From contig JAFAJB010000247.1 of the NCBI GenBank assembly GCA_019236395.1, positions 1-63,529 of the forward strand: a stretch of DNA of 63,529 nt. The letters run 5' to 3'. Position numbers and translations under genes: made by a program. The first letter of the stretch is position 1, and each line of letters opens with the position of its first letter. The stretch is from Cupriavidus sp. (lineage in GTDB: Bacteria; Pseudomonadota; Gammaproteobacteria; Burkholderiales; Burkholderiaceae). The notes beneath the pieces were generated by a model. The model did not search any database. It saw only the letters and a program-made list of their open reading frames with translations, and was not told the DNA's origin. Positions 42,025 through 51,497 of the stretch are shown here, piece by piece.

Positions 42025-42111
42025 ACCGCGGGCGCAGCTTCTCGGAAACGGGCGGGGTATCGAAACATCCACGGCCGGGTTCAACGTCAGCGTCACGATG
42101 TCAGTCATCAT
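42025..42111 (-). pseudogene. pfkB: 5' remnant of a PfkB/1-phosphofructokinase-family kinase
   Basis: MTDIVTLTLNPAVDVS, then out-of-frame SEKLR; homology lost beyond that. Confidence 0.65.
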
Positions 42112-42158
42112 GCCCCCCGCGTCGCCGCCCTGCATGCCACATGACGAGAGGATGTGCT

Positions 42159-44585
42159 TCACGATTCGGCGCTCACCGCGGCGGCCGGCGGCGTTTCCAT
42201 CGCCGCGATACGGCGTTTGACCGCGATAAAGCTGTCGGGGCTCACCGACACCGAGTCGATCCCGCATTCCACCAGGAAACTCGCGAACGCCGGGTGGTCA
42301 CTGGGCGCCTGCCCGCACAGGCCCACGTGGACGCCAGCCCGATGCGCCTCCGCAATGACGTTGCGGATCATCCATCTGACTGCATCATCTTCCTCGTCGA
42401 ACAGGTCCGAAAGCTCGGCGGAGTCCCGATCCACGCCCAGTGTCAGCTGCGTCAGATCGTTGCTTCCGATGGAGAAGCCATCGAAACGCCGGGCGAAAGC
42501 ATCAGCCAGGATCACGTTGGACGGAATTTCGCACATGACGTAAACCTTGAGGCCGTCCTTGTGGCGCTCCAGCCCGTTCTCCGCCATGACTTCGAGAACC
42601 CGGTCCGCCTCCTTCACGGTGCGGCAGAAGGGGATCATGACGATGACATTGGTAAAGCCCAACTCCTTGCGCAGGCGTGCGATGGCCCGGCATTCCAGGG
42701 CGAATCCTTCCTGGTAGCGCGGTGAGTAGTAGCGCGACGCACCGCGCAGCCCGATCATCGGGTTTTCCTCCCGCGGCTCGAATTCCGCGCCGCCGATGAG
42801 ATGCGCGTATTCGTTGCTCTTGAAATCGCTCATGCGCACGATCACCGGACGCGGGTACTGGACCGCCGCGATCCGGCCCAGGCCGCGCGCGAGTCGGTCC
42901 ACGAAGTAGTCGGCCTTGCAAGGATAGGCTGCCGCCAGATCCTCAATGGCCTGTTTGGCCTTCCTGTCCGCGAGTGTGTCATAACGGACCAGGGCCATCG
43001 GATGTACCTTGATATGGTTGCTGACGACGAACTCCATCCGCGCAAGGCCGATGCCATCTGCCGGCAACCGCCACCAGCGAAAGGCCGCGGCCGGGTTGGC
43101 CAGGTTCAGCATCACCTTGGTGCGCGTCGCAGGGATGCGGGAGAGATCGATTTCCTCGATCTCGTAGTCCGCGATGCCTTCGTAGACAAAGCCCTCCCGG
43201 CCTTCGGCACACGATACCGTCACCTCCTGCTCGTCATGCAGCAGATGCGTGGCGGTTCCGGCCCCGACGATGGCGGGAAGGCCCAGCTCGCGGCTGACGA
43301 TGGCCGCATGCGAAGTCCGGCCCCCATGGTCCGTGATGATCGCAGCGGCACGCCGCATGATGGGAACCCAGTCAGGGTCCGTCGTCTGTGTGACCAGGAT
43401 GGCGCCATCGACGAATCGGGCCATGTCCTGCCGGTTCTCGATGACGCAAACCGGGCCGCTTGCGATCGCCTCGCCAATACTGGTGCCCGAAAGGAGTTTC
43501 CTACCCGCGCTCTTGATCCGGTATGTCCGCACCGCGCTGGCTTCACGCCGCGATTGCACGGTTTCCGGACGGGCCTGCACGATAAAAACCTCGCCGGTCC
43601 CGCCATCCTTTGCCCATTCGATATCCATCGGGCGGCCGTAGTGGCGCGCGATTGTGCCGGCCCAGCGCGACAGCGTGACGATCTCCTGATCGCTCAGCAC
43701 GAAGGATGTCCGTTCGGCGCCTGATGTCGGAACGTTCTTTGTCGGGCGAGCCGGGTCGCTGCCGTAGATCAGCTTGCGCGCCTTTCCACCGAGCTTCTTG
43801 CCGATGATCGGAGTGAGAGCGGGGTCGGAAAGCAGCGGACTGAACACCTCGTACTCGTCCGGGTCCACCGATCCCTGGACGACGTTCTCCCCAAGGCCCC
43901 ACGCCGCATTGATCACGACGATCTTGTCGAATCCCGTCTCCGTGTCGATCGAGAACATCACGCCGGCCCCTGCCCGGTCCGAGCGGACCATGCGCTGCAC
44001 GCCAACCGACAACGCCACTGCAAGATGGTCCACTCCCTTGGCCTGCCGATAGCTGATCGCCCGGTCAGTGAAGAGCGAGGCGTAGCAACGGCGGCAGGCA
44101 TCGAGCAAGGCACGCGATCCGCGGACATTGAGGTAGGTCTCCTGCTGGCCGGCGAAACTGGCATCCGGAAGATCTTCAGCGGTGGCGCTGGAGCGGACCG
44201 CGACGTCGATGTCCGCCCGGCCGGCCTCGCGGCCCAACGCTTCATAGGCAAGGCAGACCGCGTCGGCAATATCGGCCGGCCAATCTCCGCCCAGGATCGC
44301 ATGGCGGATCGCGGCACCAGTCTCCTCCAGGGTACGCTTGCCATCGGCAAAGGCTGCGAGCGCCGACGCCATCGTCGCTCCCAGTGCATTCTCCTCCAGG
44401 AAACGCCGATAGGCGCCAGCCGGGATGGCGAATCCCCGTGGCACCTTGATACCTTGGGCCGCCAGGTTGGCCACCATCTCGCCAAGCGACGCGTTCTTGC
44501 CGCCCACGATCGGGACGTCGGTGTTCCGTAGTGCTTCGAACCAGATGATCTGCCGAGTTTCGGTTTCCATAGCTTGCCTCTCCAT
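42159..44585 (-). CDS. ppsA: Phosphoenolpyruvate synthase
   Basis: VGGKNASLGEM, RSSATAED, GGRTSHAAI, DGFSIGSNDLTQ. Confidence 0.95.
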   Translation of the reverse strand: MERQAMETETRQIIWFEALRNTDVPIVGGKNASLGEMVANLAAQGIKVPRGFAIPAGAYRRFLEENALGATMASALAAFADGKRTLEETGAAIRHAILGGDWPADIADAVCLAYEALGREAGRADIDVAVRSSATAEDLPDASFAGQQETYLNVRGSRALLDACRRCYASLFTDRAISYRQAKGVDHLAVALSVGVQRMVRSDRAGAGVMFSIDTETGFDKIVVINAAWGLGENVVQGSVDPDEYEVFSPLLSDPALTPIIGKKLGGKARKLIYGSDPARPTKNVPTSGAERTSFVLSDQEIVTLSRWAGTIARHYGRPMDIEWAKDGGTGEVFIVQARPETVQSRREASAVRTYRIKSAGRKLLSGTSIGEAIASGPVCVIENRQDMARFVDGAILVTQTTDPDWVPIMRRAAAIITDHGGRTSHAAIVSRELGLPAIVGAGTATHLLHDEQEVTVSCAEGREGFVYEGIADYEIEEIDLSRIPATRTKVMLNLANPAAAFRWWRLPADGIGLARMEFVVSNHIKVHPMALVRYDTLADRKAKQAIEDLAAAYPCKADYFVDRLARGLGRIAAVQYPRPVIVRMSDFKSNEYAHLIGGAEFEPREENPMIGLRGASRYYSPRYQEGFALECRAIARLRKELGFTNVIVMIPFCRTVKEADRVLEVMAENGLERHKDGLKVYVMCEIPSNVILADAFARRFDGFSIGSNDLTQLTLGVDRDSAELSDLFDEEDDAVRWMIRNVIAEAHRAGVHVGLCGQAPSDHPAFASFLVECGIDSVSVSPDSFIAVKRRIAAMETPPAAAVSAES

Positions 44586-44819
44586 GACCTGCCCCGGACG
44601 AGCCGCAATGGGAGCAGCGCACCGCCCTGCTGTGAAGGCTAGCCGCTCGGTTGCAGGGTCGGTTGTCCCAGCGCAAAGGCCATCGAGCCCCTGGCCTGTG
44701 CGGCACGGGCGTCATGCGTCACTTGCAGCTTGCCCGCCGTGCATTTGAGGAGCGTTCGTCGCCGGCTCCTGCAATCAGACTGACGGAGCAAGCGCCAAAC
44801 TCGCCGTCTTCCATGGCGA

Positions 44820-44833
44820 TTGACATGAATCAA
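44820..44833. promoter_or_regulatory. FNR box (TTGAC-ATGA-ATCAA) between ppsA and the ABC permease
   Basis: Matches TTGAY-N4-RTCAA in a divergent gap. Confidence 0.8.
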
Positions 44834-44889
44834 CCGTAGCTCCGTCTTTTTCACCAACCATGAGTCGTCGTGACTTCAGGAGGGGCACG

Positions 44890-46623
44890 ATGGAACATCA
44901 TGCCGAGGTCCTGGGCGGCGCAAGATGGCAACCCCGGATTGCAGGTTGGCGCGATCTCGTTGCCGTTGTGCTGGTGCTGGGTCTTATGATTCTGCTTGGC
45001 GCTGGCGCAAGGCAAATGACAGGCCCGCTTGTGATCGCGCACCAGCCCGGGATATCTCTGGCCCCAACGGCACTTCCGGGCTATACGCTGCGCACGATCG
45101 TGCGGATGCTTGCAGCGCTCGTCGCCTCGCTTTCGTTTTCTTTTATCTACGCCACGATTGCGGCGAAATATCGCCGCGCCGAGATGGTGCTCATCCCCCT
45201 GCTCGATGTGCTGCAGTCGGTGCCCATCCTCGGATATCTCTCCTTTACTGTCGTGTTCTTCATGTCGCTGTTTCCGCGCAGCGTCTTCGGTGCGGAGCTC
45301 GCAGCGATCTTTGCGATCTTCACGAGCCAGGCGTGGAACATGGCGTTCAGCTTCTACCAGGCACTGCGCACAATTCCGCTCGAACTCGACGCCGCCAGCC
45401 GTACCTTCCGGCTGTCGGCCTGGCAACGCTTCTGGCGGCTGGAAGTGCCGTTCGCCATGCCAGGCCTTGTCTGGAACACGATGATGTCGATGTCAGGCGG
45501 ATGGTTCTTTGTGGTGGCCTCAGAGGCAATCTCCGTCGGCGATTTGCAGGTCGCACTGCCGGGGGTGGGGTCCTACGTCGCGCAAGCCATCGCACAACGC
45601 GATCTGGCCGCCATCGGCTGGGCGATCCTGGCGATGAGCGTGGCGATCGTGCTATGCGACCAGCTCCTGTTCCGGCCAATCGTCGCCTGGACCGATCGTT
45701 TCCGCTTTGAGCAGACGGCTTCTCAGACGGTACCGCACAGTTGGGTGCTCGACATCTTTCGTGGATCAGCATGGATACAGCGCATGACAGGACCGCTTGG
45801 CGGTGCGCTCCATCGCGTCCTGCGTGCACGGCTCTCGCTCGAAGCTGAACTGCGTTGGGCGCGTATCGGCATACCGCGGCGCGTGGGAGACGTGGTCATG
45901 ATCGCAATCATTGCTGTTTGCGCCGCATATGCGCTGGCAGCCCTCCTGCAATCTGCCGGCGCGGCCCTGTCGTGGGCGGATGTGTCGACAGTGGTGCGCA
46001 ACGGCTTGCTCACGCTGCTTCGGGTCACGGTACTCATCGCCCTCGCATCCCTTGTGTGGGTGCCAATCGGCATCATGGTCGGCCTGCGTCCCGGGCTGAC
46101 CGAGCGCATCCAGCCTCTTGCGCAGTTTCTTGCCGCCTTCCCGGCCAACCTGCTGTTTCCCGTAGCCGTGTTCCTGATCGTCCACGGTGGTCTTCAGCCA
46201 GGAATCTGGCTCAGCCCTCTTATGATCCTTGGCACACAGTGGTATATCCTCTTCAACGTGATCGCCGGCGCGACAGCGTTCCCCAGCGATTTGCGCGAAG
46301 CCGCCACAAGCTTCAGGGTGCGCCCGGCCACGTGGTGGCGTGATGTCATGCTGCCTGGCATCTTCCCGTATTACGTGACGGGGGCCATCACCGCATCCGG
46401 TGGCGCCTGGAATGCGAGCATTGTTTCGGAGGCTGTGAGCTGGGGACCGACACATCTCAGCGCGGGTGGTCTGGGCGCCTATATCGCACAGATGACGGCA
46501 GCAGGGGATTATCCGCGCATTGGGCTCGGCATAGCCGCCATGTCGGTACTGGTAATCACGACGAATCGACTACTCTGGCGTCCCCTCTATGCCTTCGCCG
46601 AACGCCGAACGCGGTTGGATTGA
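44890..46623 (+). CDS. NitT/TauT-type ABC permease with two fused membrane domains
   Basis: Two BPD repeats (LQSVPILG...FVVASE and LAAFPANL...SIVSE). Confidence 0.88.
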   Translation: MEHHAEVLGGARWQPRIAGWRDLVAVVLVLGLMILLGAGARQMTGPLVIAHQPGISLAPTALPGYTLRTIVRMLAALVASLSFSFIYATIAAKYRRAEMVLIPLLDVLQSVPILGYLSFTVVFFMSLFPRSVFGAELAAIFAIFTSQAWNMAFSFYQALRTIPLELDAASRTFRLSAWQRFWRLEVPFAMPGLVWNTMMSMSGGWFFVVASEAISVGDLQVALPGVGSYVAQAIAQRDLAAIGWAILAMSVAIVLCDQLLFRPIVAWTDRFRFEQTASQTVPHSWVLDIFRGSAWIQRMTGPLGGALHRVLRARLSLEAELRWARIGIPRRVGDVVMIAIIAVCAAYALAALLQSAGAALSWADVSTVVRNGLLTLLRVTVLIALASLVWVPIGIMVGLRPGLTERIQPLAQFLAAFPANLLFPVAVFLIVHGGLQPGIWLSPLMILGTQWYILFNVIAGATAFPSDLREAATSFRVRPATWWRDVMLPGIFPYYVTGAITASGGAWNASIVSEAVSWGPTHLSAGGLGAYIAQMTAAGDYPRIGLGIAAMSVLVITTNRLLWRPLYAFAERRTRLD

Positions 46624-46648
46624 AGCGCGGGCATACCGGAGAGCCAAT

Positions 46649-47953
46649 GTGGCACCTGCTGCAGACACCGCCTTGCCAATCATCGAGCTTGACAAGGTTT
46701 GCATGTCATACACCAAACCTTCGGGCATCCCTCTGCCGATCCTGGCGGACATCGACCTCAAGGTGCGCGCTGGAGAAATTGTCGGATTGCTCGGCCGCTC
46801 CGGCTCAGGGAAGTCGACCTTGCTACGCATTGCGGCAGGACTCATCAAGCCGTCTTCAGGACGGGTGATCTATCGTGGCGAGCCGCTTCGTGGTCCAACG
46901 CAGGGCATATCCGTGGTATTTCAGACATTCGCGCTGTATCCGTGGCTGACGGTGATCGACAACGTGGAGCTTGGTCTGGATGCACTGCGCGTTTCAACCG
47001 AGGAAGCCCGCAAGCGTGCAACGTCGGCAATCGAGATGATCGGTCTGGACGGATTCCAGTCGGCCCTCCCAAGGGAGCTCTCTGGTGGCATGAAGCAGCG
47101 CGTGGGTTTCGCGCGTGCGCTGGTGAGCGAGCCGACGCTACTTCTCATGGACGAGCCATTTTCAGCGCTCGACGTCCTGACAGCAGAAACGTTACGCACC
47201 GATTTCCTTGATCTTTGGGTGGGGCGCCAGCTGACGATCAAGGCCGTGCTCATGGTCACCCATAACATCGAAGAGGCAGTGATGATGTGCGACCGCATAC
47301 TTGTGCTGGGCGCCAGCCCCGCGCACATCGTGACGAGCGTAAGCGTGCCCTTGCCCCATCCGCGCGACAGGGTCGATCCGGCGTTCCGCGCAATCGTAGG
47401 CGAGATCTACGCCGTACTGACTGCACGGCTTGTCGACGCGATGGATACCTCATCGGCGAATCATGGCGGCCTTGCGCTGTGTCTGCCCGATGTCTCCAGT
47501 CATCGCCTGGATGGCTTCATGGACAAGATTGCCGCGGCCTCCTCTGCTGGTTACGTTGACCTGGCAATGATTGCAGCCTCGCTGATGGAGAAGGTTGATG
47601 ATCTGCTTCCGATCGCGGGTGCGGCGCACATCCTCGAGTTCGCGGAACTGCGGAACGGCAGCATGAGGCTGACAGCGGCAGGCCGCGTGTTCGCCCAGGC
47701 GGGCGATGACGGACGCAAGCGCCTTTTTCGAGAGCATCTGGTCCAGTTCGTGCCCCTCATTGCGCATATTCGTGAAGTGCTCGACGAACGTGGAGATCAC
47801 CAGGCTCCCCGTGAACGTTTCGAGCTGGAATTGCAGGACCACCTGAACCAGCACGACGCAGACCGGACTCTGCGCACGGCAATCGACTGGGGCCGTTACG
47901 CCGGGCTCTTCAGCTACGACGACCATACGCGCAGATTCGCTGGTGGTTGTTAG
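46649..47953 (+). CDS. NitT/TauT-type ABC ATPase with C-terminal extension
   Basis: GRSGSGKS, LSGGMKQR, DEPFSALD, C-terminal IDWGRYA; GTG after GGAGAG. Confidence 0.88.
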   Translation: MAPAADTALPIIELDKVCMSYTKPSGIPLPILADIDLKVRAGEIVGLLGRSGSGKSTLLRIAAGLIKPSSGRVIYRGEPLRGPTQGISVVFQTFALYPWLTVIDNVELGLDALRVSTEEARKRATSAIEMIGLDGFQSALPRELSGGMKQRVGFARALVSEPTLLLMDEPFSALDVLTAETLRTDFLDLWVGRQLTIKAVLMVTHNIEEAVMMCDRILVLGASPAHIVTSVSVPLPHPRDRVDPAFRAIVGEIYAVLTARLVDAMDTSSANHGGLALCLPDVSSHRLDGFMDKIAAASSAGYVDLAMIAASLMEKVDDLLPIAGAAHILEFAELRNGSMRLTAAGRVFAQAGDDGRKRLFREHLVQFVPLIAHIREVLDERGDHQAPRERFELELQDHLNQHDADRTLRTAIDWGRYAGLFSYDDHTRRFAGGC

Positions 47954-47981
47954 TAAAGGCGGGACTGGGAGTCGGAAGATC

Positions 47982-48668
47982 ATGAATGCCCACGTACATC
48001 GCACACATCGCTCGGGATGGCTACGTGCAGCGGTCCTCGGCGCCAACGACGGGCTGCTCACGATGTCTGGCCTTGTGGTCGGCGTGGCGGCCGCCCAGTC
48101 GCATCCGCGGAGCATCCTCGCTGCCGGCGTAGCCGGTCTTGCAGCCGGCATGCTGTCGATGGGCGCCGGCGAGTATGTCTCGGTCAGCTCGCAAGCCGAT
48201 CTCGAACGCGCCGAGGTTGACATCGAGCGGCGCTCGCTCCGGGAATCCTATGACGACGAACTCGCGGAACTCGCAAGCATCTATACCGAGCGCGGACTTG
48301 ATCCGCCGCTTGCGCGGCAGGTCGCCCAGCAGATGATGTCCTTCGATGCGCTTGCTGCCCACATGCGTGATGACATCGGTATCTCGACCACACTTTCCGC
48401 GCAGCCGATCAGGGCTGCGCTGACCTCATGCACGAGCTTCGCGGCAGGCGCACTTGGGCCTCTGCTGACCGCGTTCCTGGCGCCACCGACCTGGATCGTT
48501 CCGAGCGTAGTCGCGGTTTCCCTGGTCACCCTCTGTGCGCTCGGAGTCGTCTCCGCGCGACTAGGCGGCGCCCCGCTGGCGCGCGGCACGCTGCGCGTTC
48601 TGATGTGGGGTGTGGTGGCGATGGCGGGCACGGGACTCGTCGGGGCATTGTTCGGCGCTGTTACTTAG
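47982..48668 (+). CDS. VIT1/CCC1 Fe/Mn transporter
   Basis: LRAAVLGANDG, SMGAGEYVSV. Confidence 0.92.
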   Translation: MNAHVHRTHRSGWLRAAVLGANDGLLTMSGLVVGVAAAQSHPRSILAAGVAGLAAGMLSMGAGEYVSVSSQADLERAEVDIERRSLRESYDDELAELASIYTERGLDPPLARQVAQQMMSFDALAAHMRDDIGISTTLSAQPIRAALTSCTSFAAGALGPLLTAFLAPPTWIVPSVVAVSLVTLCALGVVSARLGGAPLARGTLRVLMWGVVAMAGTGLVGALFGAVT

Positions 48669-48721
48669 TGGCGCTATCAAAATGAAGCGAAGCGGTTCTG
48701 GCCAGGGTGAAGCAGGGAATT

Positions 48722-48739
48722 CGGCTCGCATGCGAGCCG
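48722..48739. repeat. 18-bp perfect palindrome between convergent VIT1 and pstB
   Basis: CGGCTCGCATGCGAGCCG. Confidence 0.6.
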
Positions 48740-48866
48740 CCTGCGTAACGACATACGCCTGCGAGCGCATGTGCGCCCTGCAAGGGCGCGGCCGCAGACA
48801 TTACAAGTAGTACGGCAAGGCGATGCAACGACGCCAGAATCATTTTGATAGCGTCTCCTAGGTGGT

Positions 48867-49706
48867 CTAGCCGAAACGGCCGGTAATGTACGCTTCCGTC
48901 TCCTTGCGTCTGGGGCAGGTGAACAACATTGATGTATCGCCGAATTCGAGCAATTCTCCAAGGTACATATAGGCTGTATAGTCCGAGCAACGCCCGGCCT
49001 GCTGCATGTTGTGCGTCACGATGACGAGCGTGTAGTCGCTCTTCAACTCGAAGATCAGCTCTTCGATACGCCCAGTGGAGATTGGGTCGAGCGCTGAACA
49101 GGGCTCATCGAGAAGCAGCACTTCAGGGTGCACAGCGATAGTTCGCGCGATGCACAACCTCTGTTGCTGACCGCCAGACAGGCAATCGCCGGGTTGCTTC
49201 AGAAGGTCTTTGACCTCATTCCACAAGGCAGCCTTGGATAGTGCCCACTCGACGCGATCCGCCATGGCCGCTGGACCGAGTTGCTCGTACAGGCGGATAC
49301 CAAATGCAATGTTCTCGAACACGGACATGGGAAACGGTTCCGGCCTCTGGAACACCATGCCGACCCGTCTACGCAAGACTTCAAGAGGACCCACGGCATG
49401 GATCTGGTCAACACCGTCAAGCAGAATCCTGCCATCGACATGTTGTTCCGGATATAGCTCGTACATCCTGTTGAATGTACGCAGCAGCGTGGATTTTCCG
49501 CAACCTGACGGCCCGATAATTGCCGTCACGCGGTGCTCCGGAATATCCAGATTTATGTTCCGCAGGGCTTGGGATCTACCGTAGTAAAAGTTGAGCTCTC
49601 GGACTTCGATCTTGGATCTCGGTGCGGGCTGTTGTTTGTCGTCGCATGACTGCTCCGCATCGGCAATCGCCTGCGAATACCGAGTTTTGGTGCTGAGGAG
49701 GTTCAT
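48867..49706 (-). CDS. pstB: Phosphate ABC ATPase PstB, orphan
   Basis: [33 protein letters not shown]. Confidence 0.92.
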   Translation of the reverse strand: MNLLSTKTRYSQAIADAEQSCDDKQQPAPRSKIEVRELNFYYGRSQALRNINLDIPEHRVTAIIGPSGCGKSTLLRTFNRMYELYPEQHVDGRILLDGVDQIHAVGPLEVLRRRVGMVFQRPEPFPMSVFENIAFGIRLYEQLGPAAMADRVEWALSKAALWNEVKDLLKQPGDCLSGGQQQRLCIARTIAVHPEVLLLDEPCSALDPISTGRIEELIFELKSDYTLVIVTHNMQQAGRCSDYTAYMYLGELLEFGDTSMLFTCPRRKETEAYITGRFG

Positions 49707-49850
49707 ACGCAGAGCGCCTGGTCGTGTTCTCTTAGTTTCGAAAACACGCGTGACACTCTCCTGACGGGCGTGCCGATTTTGCGTCTTGCTCTTGACGTTG
49801 ATCGAACTAACGACCTGGCAGGCTACTGACGATGATCTCCGCGCTCTCCT

Positions 49851-51497
49851 TCAGGGAGTGAGTTCGCTCCGACGCAAGTGTTCCAGCCGGGTCTGCAGGT
49901 CTGTCAGGGGTTCCGTGAGCGTGCGCGGCTCCCCTGCATAGATGGCGCCGTCATTGCCATCCAGGGTCAAGACCTGGCCCTCTGGCAAGGTCGTCTCGCC
50001 AAACGTGATGGTCCGGGCAGCCTCATCCACACGGAGTTCTTCGCAGCCGACCAAGCACACCTTTCCCAACTGGCGGGCGACCACCGCTGCGTGCGAAGTT
50101 TTCGCCCCACGCTGCGTCAGCAAGCCGGAGGCCCCCTGGATGGCCGTCAGATCACTGGTCTGCGCATCGGGGCGTACCAGAATGGCAGATGCCCCGGCCG
50201 CTTTCCGCGCTCGCACGGCCGCTTCATCCAGGGCGATCTCGCCGTGCGCCACACCACTGCACGCGCTTGCGGCATGCGCCAGGGGTATCGGGGTGAAGCC
50301 GTCACCACAGACGACACGTTGGCGTACCAGGGCGGCTGGATCCACCAGCGCCGTGCGCTTGCGGGCAGTCGCCACATCGATGACCCCTTCGTCCAGCAAG
50401 TCGAGTGCGATGCGTACGGTCGCTTCCGGGGTACGTTTTCCGCTGCGCGTCTGCAGCATGTAGAGATGGGCGTCCTCGACTGTAAACTCGAAATCCTGCA
50501 TATCGCCAAAGGCGCGCTCGAGTTGCGAGCCGACCTCGCACAGCGCCTGCCACAGGCGAGGCATGGTCCGCGCCAGTTCCTCATGGCCTTGCGCGCGCCG
50601 GCGGCCCGACACCACATCTTCGCCTTGTGCGTTGAAGAGAAAGTCCACCCACATGACTCGCTCGCCAGTGGCGGGATTCCGCGTGAACCCGACACCCGCC
50701 CCCGAGCGGCCGCCGCCGTTCCCAAACACCATGCCCTGGACAGTGGCTGCGGTGCCGAGGCTCTCATCGATATGGTACTGGCGCCGATAGGCGAGCGCCT
50801 TTTCGGCGTTCCAACTTGCCAGCACGGCCTGGATGGCACCGGCAAGCTGGGCTTCCGGATCCTGCGGAAACGGTCGGCCAACGGCCTGTTCGTACGCACG
50901 CAGGGAGCGGCGCGTCAACTCGCGCAACCGCGAGAAGTCAAGTTGTCCACGCGCTTCCGGTGCGCCGGCCAGCACGCTGTACTCCGCCTCGAAGACCTCC
51001 GGCGCGATGCCATCGACCAGTTCGCCATAGCTCGCGACCAGGCGCCTGTAGGTGTCCCAAACCAGCCTCGGGTTGCCAGTCTGCCGCAACAGGCCGCGCA
51101 AGGTCGCGTCGCACAGCCCGATATTGAGGAGGGTGCCGAGCATGCCGGGCATCGAAACGGCTGCCCCCGAACGCACCGCCAGCAATAGAGGCGCATGAGG
51201 ATCACCCAGGCGCTTGCCCGAGGCGATCTCAAGCTGCCTCAACCCTGGACCCCAAACGCTGCGCTGGGCCGCAAGTTGCCGCATGACCTCGTTCCGGCAA
51301 TAGCTCGTGCCAAGCACGAATGCGGGCGGAGTCGGCAACCCCAGTTCTGAAATCCGCAGCAAGCCGAATGCCTTGAGCCCGATGCTCTGCACCAGCGCAT
51401 CCGGTGCTGGCGCCTGCGCCGACGACTTCTGACTGCAGCCAATCAGGTGGACATCGGCGGGCCAGTTGGCGCTGGCCAGGTTGGCTGACGCAATCAT
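49851..51497 (-). CDS. PPDK-like dikinase: ATP-grasp and phospho-His domains, no pyruvate/PEP domain
   Basis: RSGAAVSMPGM, GEDVVSG, DFEFTVE, LQTRSGKRT, TSHAAVVAR; stops at 548 aa. Confidence 0.88.
   Translation of the reverse strand: MIASANLASANWPADVHLIGCSQKSSAQAPAPDALVQSIGLKAFGLLRISELGLPTPPAFVLGTSYCRNEVMRQLAAQRSVWGPGLRQLEIASGKRLGDPHAPLLLAVRSGAAVSMPGMLGTLLNIGLCDATLRGLLRQTGNPRLVWDTYRRLVASYGELVDGIAPEVFEAEYSVLAGAPEARGQLDFSRLRELTRRSLRAYEQAVGRPFPQDPEAQLAGAIQAVLASWNAEKALAYRRQYHIDESLGTAATVQGMVFGNGGGRSGAGVGFTRNPATGERVMWVDFLFNAQGEDVVSGRRRAQGHEELARTMPRLWQALCEVGSQLERAFGDMQDFEFTVEDAHLYMLQTRSGKRTPEATVRIALDLLDEGVIDVATARKRTALVDPAALVRQRVVCGDGFTPIPLAHAASACSGVAHGEIALDEAAVRARKAAGASAILVRPDAQTSDLTAIQGASGLLTQRGAKTSHAAVVARQLGKVCLVGCEELRVDEAARTITFGETTLPEGQVLTLDGNDGAIYAGEPRTLTEPLTDLQTRLEHLRRSELTP

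Noticed and set aside
17400-42130. 11-bp direct repeat CGTCGCCGCCC near both edges of the catabolic block (17400 and 42120) as a target-site duplication
   Set aside because: Low-complexity GC sequence likely by chance; the right copy lies beyond the pfkB relic, which does not fit the inferred junction.
41724-42725. 333-aa plus-strand ORF at the right junction
   Set aside because: Mostly antisense to ppsA with no motif; the zinc-knuckle frame and pfkB relic explain the region better.
48661-48990. Small ORFs between VIT1 and pstB
   Set aside because: They overlap pstB out of frame, with no RBS or motif.
49851-51497. Calling the gene ppdK, or a ppdK pseudogene
   Set aside because: It cannot make PEP without the C-terminal domain; the frame and catalytic motifs are intact and no 3' remnant follows.
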